The position numbers and the translations under genes were made by a program. Shown here piece by piece: positions 60,223 to 64,000 of a stretch of DNA of 64,000 bases (the stretch's first letter is position 1; every line of letters starts with the position of its first letter). The notes below the pieces were generated by a model. That model was not told where the DNA came from and did not search any database. It saw only the letters and a program-made list of their open reading frames with translations. Origin of the DNA: an uncultured Acidimicrobiales bacterium (GTDB lineage Bacteria; Actinomycetota; Acidimicrobiia; Acidimicrobiales; UBA10347); the NCBI GenBank assembly GCA_943788915.1, contig CALSSD010000008.1, positions 186,001 through 250,000 on the forward strand, read 5' to 3'.

Positions 60223-61293
60223 ATGAGTACTGAACTCGATCCGCAGGCCGTCAAGATGTTCGGCTTTAAGGTCTGGACCTACAAAATGGGCGAGCAGGTC
60301 TCGCTGATGGTGTACCTGGGTGACACGCTCGGCCTGTACAAGACGATGTCCAGCCGTGGTGTCATGACGTCGCACGAAGTTGCCGCAGCGGCTGATCTCC
60401 ATGAACGGTTCGTGCGTGAGTGGTTGTTGGGACAGGCTGCGGCTGGTCTCATCGACCGTCACGACGACGGCAGCTTCGAGCTCACCGATGTGCAATCAGC
60501 CGTGCTCGCTGACGAAGAGAATTCGATCAACTTTGCGGCGGGTGCGTTTCGAGGTGGCGTCGATTCCACGGTGCTCCACAAGATCGCCGATTCATTCCGC
60601 ACCGGGGTGGGCATGACCTACCAGGAACAGGGACCAAACGCCGCGGCCGGTCTCGCTCGTATGACAGGCCCGTGGTCCCGCCTGGCATTGACCTCAACCG
60701 TGTTGCCTGCACTGGCCGGCGTCGAAGACAAACTCGACGCTGGCGCATTGGTCGTCGACGTTGGTTGTGGCGGTGGCGTGATGCTCACCACTTTGGCCCA
60801 AGCCTTCCCGAATAGCCGATGCGTCGGGTATGACCCCAGCCACGCTGCGATCGAGATCGCACAGGCTCGGGCCAACGAACTGGGCCTCGACAATTGTGAT
60901 TTCGTTGCCGCTGGCGGCGAAGACTTGCCCGCTGGCAACGACATTGACCTCGTCATCACCTTCGATTGCATGCACGACATGGCCTTCCCCGATCGCACAG
61001 CTGCAGCTATTCGAGGAGCGATCGCCGACGACGGCACCTGGTTACTAAAAGACATTCGCTCGACCGGCGATTTCAGCAAGGACAGCCGCAATCCGCTGCT
61101 GGCCATGTTCTATGGCTTCTCGGTTGCTTCGTGTTTGCAGTCCGCAATGTCAGAGCCAGGCGGTGCTGGTCTCGGCACGCTCGGACTGCATGCTGGTGTC
61201 GCCCAGGAACTCACCCAGGCCGCGGGCTTCAGCCAGTTCACAACCCACGACCTCGACGACGCCGCCAACCTCTATTACGAAGTCCGCGTCTAA
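60223..61293 (+). CDS. Class I SAM methyltransferase with N-terminal winged helix
   Basis: GDTLGLY, ERFVREWL, VDVGCGGG, FDCMHDM. Confidence 0.88.
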   Translation: MSTELDPQAVKMFGFKVWTYKMGEQVSLMVYLGDTLGLYKTMSSRGVMTSHEVAAAADLHERFVREWLLGQAAAGLIDRHDDGSFELTDVQSAVLADEENSINFAAGAFRGGVDSTVLHKIADSFRTGVGMTYQEQGPNAAAGLARMTGPWSRLALTSTVLPALAGVEDKLDAGALVVDVGCGGGVMLTTLAQAFPNSRCVGYDPSHAAIEIAQARANELGLDNCDFVAAGGEDLPAGNDIDLVITFDCMHDMAFPDRTAAAIRGAIADDGTWLLKDIRSTGDFSKDSRNPLLAMFYGFSVASCLQSAMSEPGGAGLGTLGLHAGVAQELTQAAGFSQFTTHDLDDAANLYYEVRV

Positions 61294-61308
61294 CAACTAC
61301 CTCGGACG

Positions 61309-61638
61309 TTACTGGTAGGTCACGACGTCGATGACCTCGCCGGTTTCGGCATCGAGCACAACCAGGAAGCCACCAGCGAGCGAGCCGGTGTTGACCGGCT
61401 CAAAGCTCACTTGCCACTCGCCAAAGAGCAGACCCGGTTTGACCTCGAGACCTGCGGCTGACAGCCCCTGCTCGGTCGCCGCTGCCTCTGCTTTGACGAC
61501 CGCGTCGTCCTCACTGATCGTGTTCGAACTTGTTGTCGCTGGCGGCGGAGATTCCGGGTCAGCTGACCCACCGCAGGCAGAGACGAGCAGCACGAGACAA
61601 GCCAGCATGGCCAGCAGTGGCTGCTTCAGGTAATACAT
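61309..61638 (-). CDS. Small lipoprotein (PepSY-like C-terminus)
   Basis: Lipobox VSAC; WQVSF...VVLDAETGEV. Confidence 0.65.
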   Translation of the reverse strand: MYYLKQPLLAMLACLVLLVSACGGSADPESPPPATTSSNTISEDDAVVKAEAAATEQGLSAAGLEVKPGLLFGEWQVSFEPVNTGSLAGGFLVVLDAETGEVIDVVTYQ

Positions 61639-61668
61639 GATGGGTCGGCTTTCGGGGGTACGGGTGAT

Positions 61669-63120
61669 CTAGGACGAGGCTTCGACTGGCTCGCGGGCTG
61701 CTACTTCGAGGAAGGTCATCATTCCTCCAGCAGCGTGTTCAAGGATATGGCAATGCATCGCCCACATACCCGCATCGAGCGCGACAAGGCCGACATCAAC
61801 AACGTCGTCCTTGAACAGAAGCACCGAGTCTCTGAATGCACCATCGTTCACCGGTTCACCGTTTCTTGCCAGCACTTGGAAGAACTGGCCATGCAGGTGC
61901 ATCGGATGCAGCCGGATCGAGTTGTTGGTGAACCTCACCTTGGTGAAGACGTCTGGTTCGATCTGCTCGGCTTCGAAGATGGGAAAGGAGTCACCATTGA
62001 TCGTCCATCGGCTGCCGGTCAGGGCCAGCTTGTATTCGATGTCGACATCAACGTCGACAGCCTCGACCCACTCCGGTATCCGACCATTACGAGGTGCCGC
62101 AAAGTCAGGCGTATCGACCGGACCACCGTCGACGACAACGGTTACGAGTCGGACCGCCCTGGTGCTGAAATCCTCGACGATCTCAAAGGTGCCAGGTGTG
62201 TCCGGCATCGTGATGTCGACGTCGACCCGGGCGCCGGGCGAGATGAGCGTTGCATCAGCCGACCGAGGTTCGCGCACGTACATGCCGTCGATGGCAATGA
62301 CCTGGGCTGGCGGATTGACGAACCGCAAGGCGTACGGCCTGGCCACCGAGGCGTTCACGAATCGCAAACGAACACGTTCACCGGGTCGGGCGGTTAGCTG
62401 GGCCTCATCCTCGCCATTCACGGTGATCACGGAGCCCCACCGGCCGTTGTGTGACACGTCGGTCGGATTGTTGAAGTCGGTATCAATTGCCCCGGTCGGC
62501 GTCAGTGACCAATCATCCATGACCATGACCACGTCTTGTGAATAACCCACCGATTCCGCGTCCTCGACAACGAGTGTGCCGTAGAGGCCCCGCTCGACCT
62601 GTTCGGTGCTGTTCACATGCGAGTGGTAGAAGAACGTTCCGGCATCGGGCGGCGTGAACTCATAGGTGAACGACTCACCGGGCTGGATTGCCGGTTGGGT
62701 AATACCAGGCACACCATCCATTGCATTCGGCACCCGGACACCGTGCCAATGCACCGTGGTCTCAACCGGCAACTCATTGCGAAAGTTCATGCGAAACGTG
62801 TCACCAAGCGTGACCCGATGCACTTCGCCCGGCACGACCCCATTGAACGCCCACACCTGAGTGTCCAGCCCCTCAACGACCTCGATCGTCGCTGGCGCGG
62901 CCGTGACATCGACCTCAACGACGTTCCCTGACGGTGTCGGAAACGCAGGGTAGGCCCCGTCGAATTCAGCCTCGAGCATCGCCCGGGCGTCGGCGTCGGA
63001 ACCCGACCCGAGAACGAACAGCCCGACAACGACCACCACTGCTGCAGTGAAACGGCGGCCAACACTGGCACCAGATCACCTAAGAGATCTGGATCGCCCT
63101 CTACGGGATCGTCGATTCAT
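61669..63120 (-). CDS. Multicopper oxidase (5' signal region disrupted)
   Basis: HWHG, YHSH, HPMHLHG, HCHILEH...M; AAGGAG RBS before ATG 63120, but in-frame TGA at codon 15. Confidence 0.9.
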
Positions 63121-63298
63121 CGGACTCCTTCGATTGCGCGACTGTCTGGCCGACCCGTCCATCGTGGGACATGGCGCAGCGACAAACCAGTGACCAACGT
63201 CCCTACCTATGTTTCCGACTACTTACCAAGGGGCAGAATGCCGCCGGCCATGTATCCGAACACAGGCCGGTGACAGGCCGGATGACAGGCCACTGTGG

Positions 63299-63757
63299 CT
63301 ACGACTCCAGGCCGAGCCGTTCTTGTTCAGCCCGCACGAAGGCAATGACGGCCTCTACCTGCTCGTTTGACAAACCTTCGATAGGCGCCATGTCACCGAA
63401 GGTCCAATGATGCTGTGGCGCCCCGTTGGCGATAGCGGATCGGAATGAGTCATCGCCGTGGTGGCCAGGTTCGTAGACGATGGACAGATGCGACGGGCCC
63501 TTGTCGGTGCCACGCAAGTCTGATCCGTGACATGAGGCGCAGCTCGCTGCATAGACGTCGGCGCCGTTGGTTTCCCCGCTGCCACCGACTTGGGCTGTCG
63601 GCGTTGCGTCCGAACTGCAGCCAACGACAAATACCGAGACTGCCAACACGCCTACCGAGACTGCTACGCGCCAGTCGACGGCCCGTGTCCGCGCCGGTGT
63701 TGTCACCAGGCCGCGCCTCGCAGCGGATGCTGCACATTTCTTCACAAAGGTTTGCAT
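63299..63757 (-). CDS. Cytochrome c lipoprotein
   Basis: VVGC lipobox, CASCH heme motif, distal Met (GDMAP). Confidence 0.85.
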   Translation of the reverse strand: MQTFVKKCAASAARRGLVTTPARTRAVDWRVAVSVGVLAVSVFVVGCSSDATPTAQVGGSGETNGADVYAASCASCHGSDLRGTDKGPSHLSIVYEPGHHGDDSFRSAIANGAPQHHWTFGDMAPIEGLSNEQVEAVIAFVRAEQERLGLES

Positions 63758-63859
63758 CAGACTCGCTCACGCGACAATTTCTACGAAGGTTCGACCGCGA
63801 CAGTATCGCCATACGCAACATGATGATCTCGTCGGGGTTCTGTGCCCGGCAACGTCGGT

Positions 63860-64000
63860 CTAGTTGGTTGGGAAACCGGAGTGGTCGGCAGCGATCAGCA
63901 CAGCAACGAGCACACACGGTTCGTCGTAGGGATTGCGCCATGCATGGCGGGTGCCACTTTGGACCACGGTGTCACCAGCGGCCAGCTCCTTGGTCGCGCC
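63860..64000 (-). CDS. Cupin domain protein, C-terminal part (runs off the window)
   Basis: ELAAGDTVVQSGTRHAWRNP. Confidence 0.75.
   Translation of the reverse strand, partial: GATKELAAGDTVVQSGTRHAWRNPYDEPCVLVAVLIAADHSGFPTN

Noticed and set aside
63076..63078. In-frame TGA near the multicopper oxidase start as a third Sec codon
   Set aside because: It lies in the signal/anchor region, not at a Cys position. An alternative frame gives a better hydrophobic segment (DLVPVLAAV), suggesting compensating indels

Overview
GC-rich (about 60-65% by eye) actinobacterial-type DNA, probably Acidimicrobiia-like. Support: many leaderless TAnnnT-N5-8-start promoters, an F420-type nitroreductase and a GAAC-N4-GTTC SOS box. 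The window holds about 55 mostly metabolic genes: atypical SHMT, a GT4-methyltransferase-prenyltransferase-like operon, Rieske oxygenase, Na+/H+ antiporter with USP, a three-gene NAD-linked formate dehydrogenase, a MoxR/DUF58 operon, thiolase, GMC oxidoreductase, D-aminoacylase, CoA ligases, an RdhA/QueG-like Fe-S protein, FolD, an RND permease, MocR, DinB, multicopper oxidase and cytochrome c. The ORF track misses several things. (1) Two selenoproteins with in-frame TGA and SECIS-like hairpins: FDH alpha (CNRT-U-HAP) and a redoxin (WSPY-U-GC). (2) A 44-bp direct-repeat insert in the FDH operon whose 59-aa ORF bridges the upstream stop and the downstream start. (3) A RelA/SpoT small alarmone synthetase with a long NYN-protein-like/LOTUS-like C-terminus. 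(4) An IS1595 transposase N-terminus without a DDE domain, behind a host-type promoter. (5) Two families of REP-like palindromes. (6) Several short tandem duplications. Several single-base frameshifts in ordinary genes look like long-read consensus errors. No tRNA, rRNA, CRISPR array or sel genes were seen. Family assignments come from motif recognition only, with no database search.
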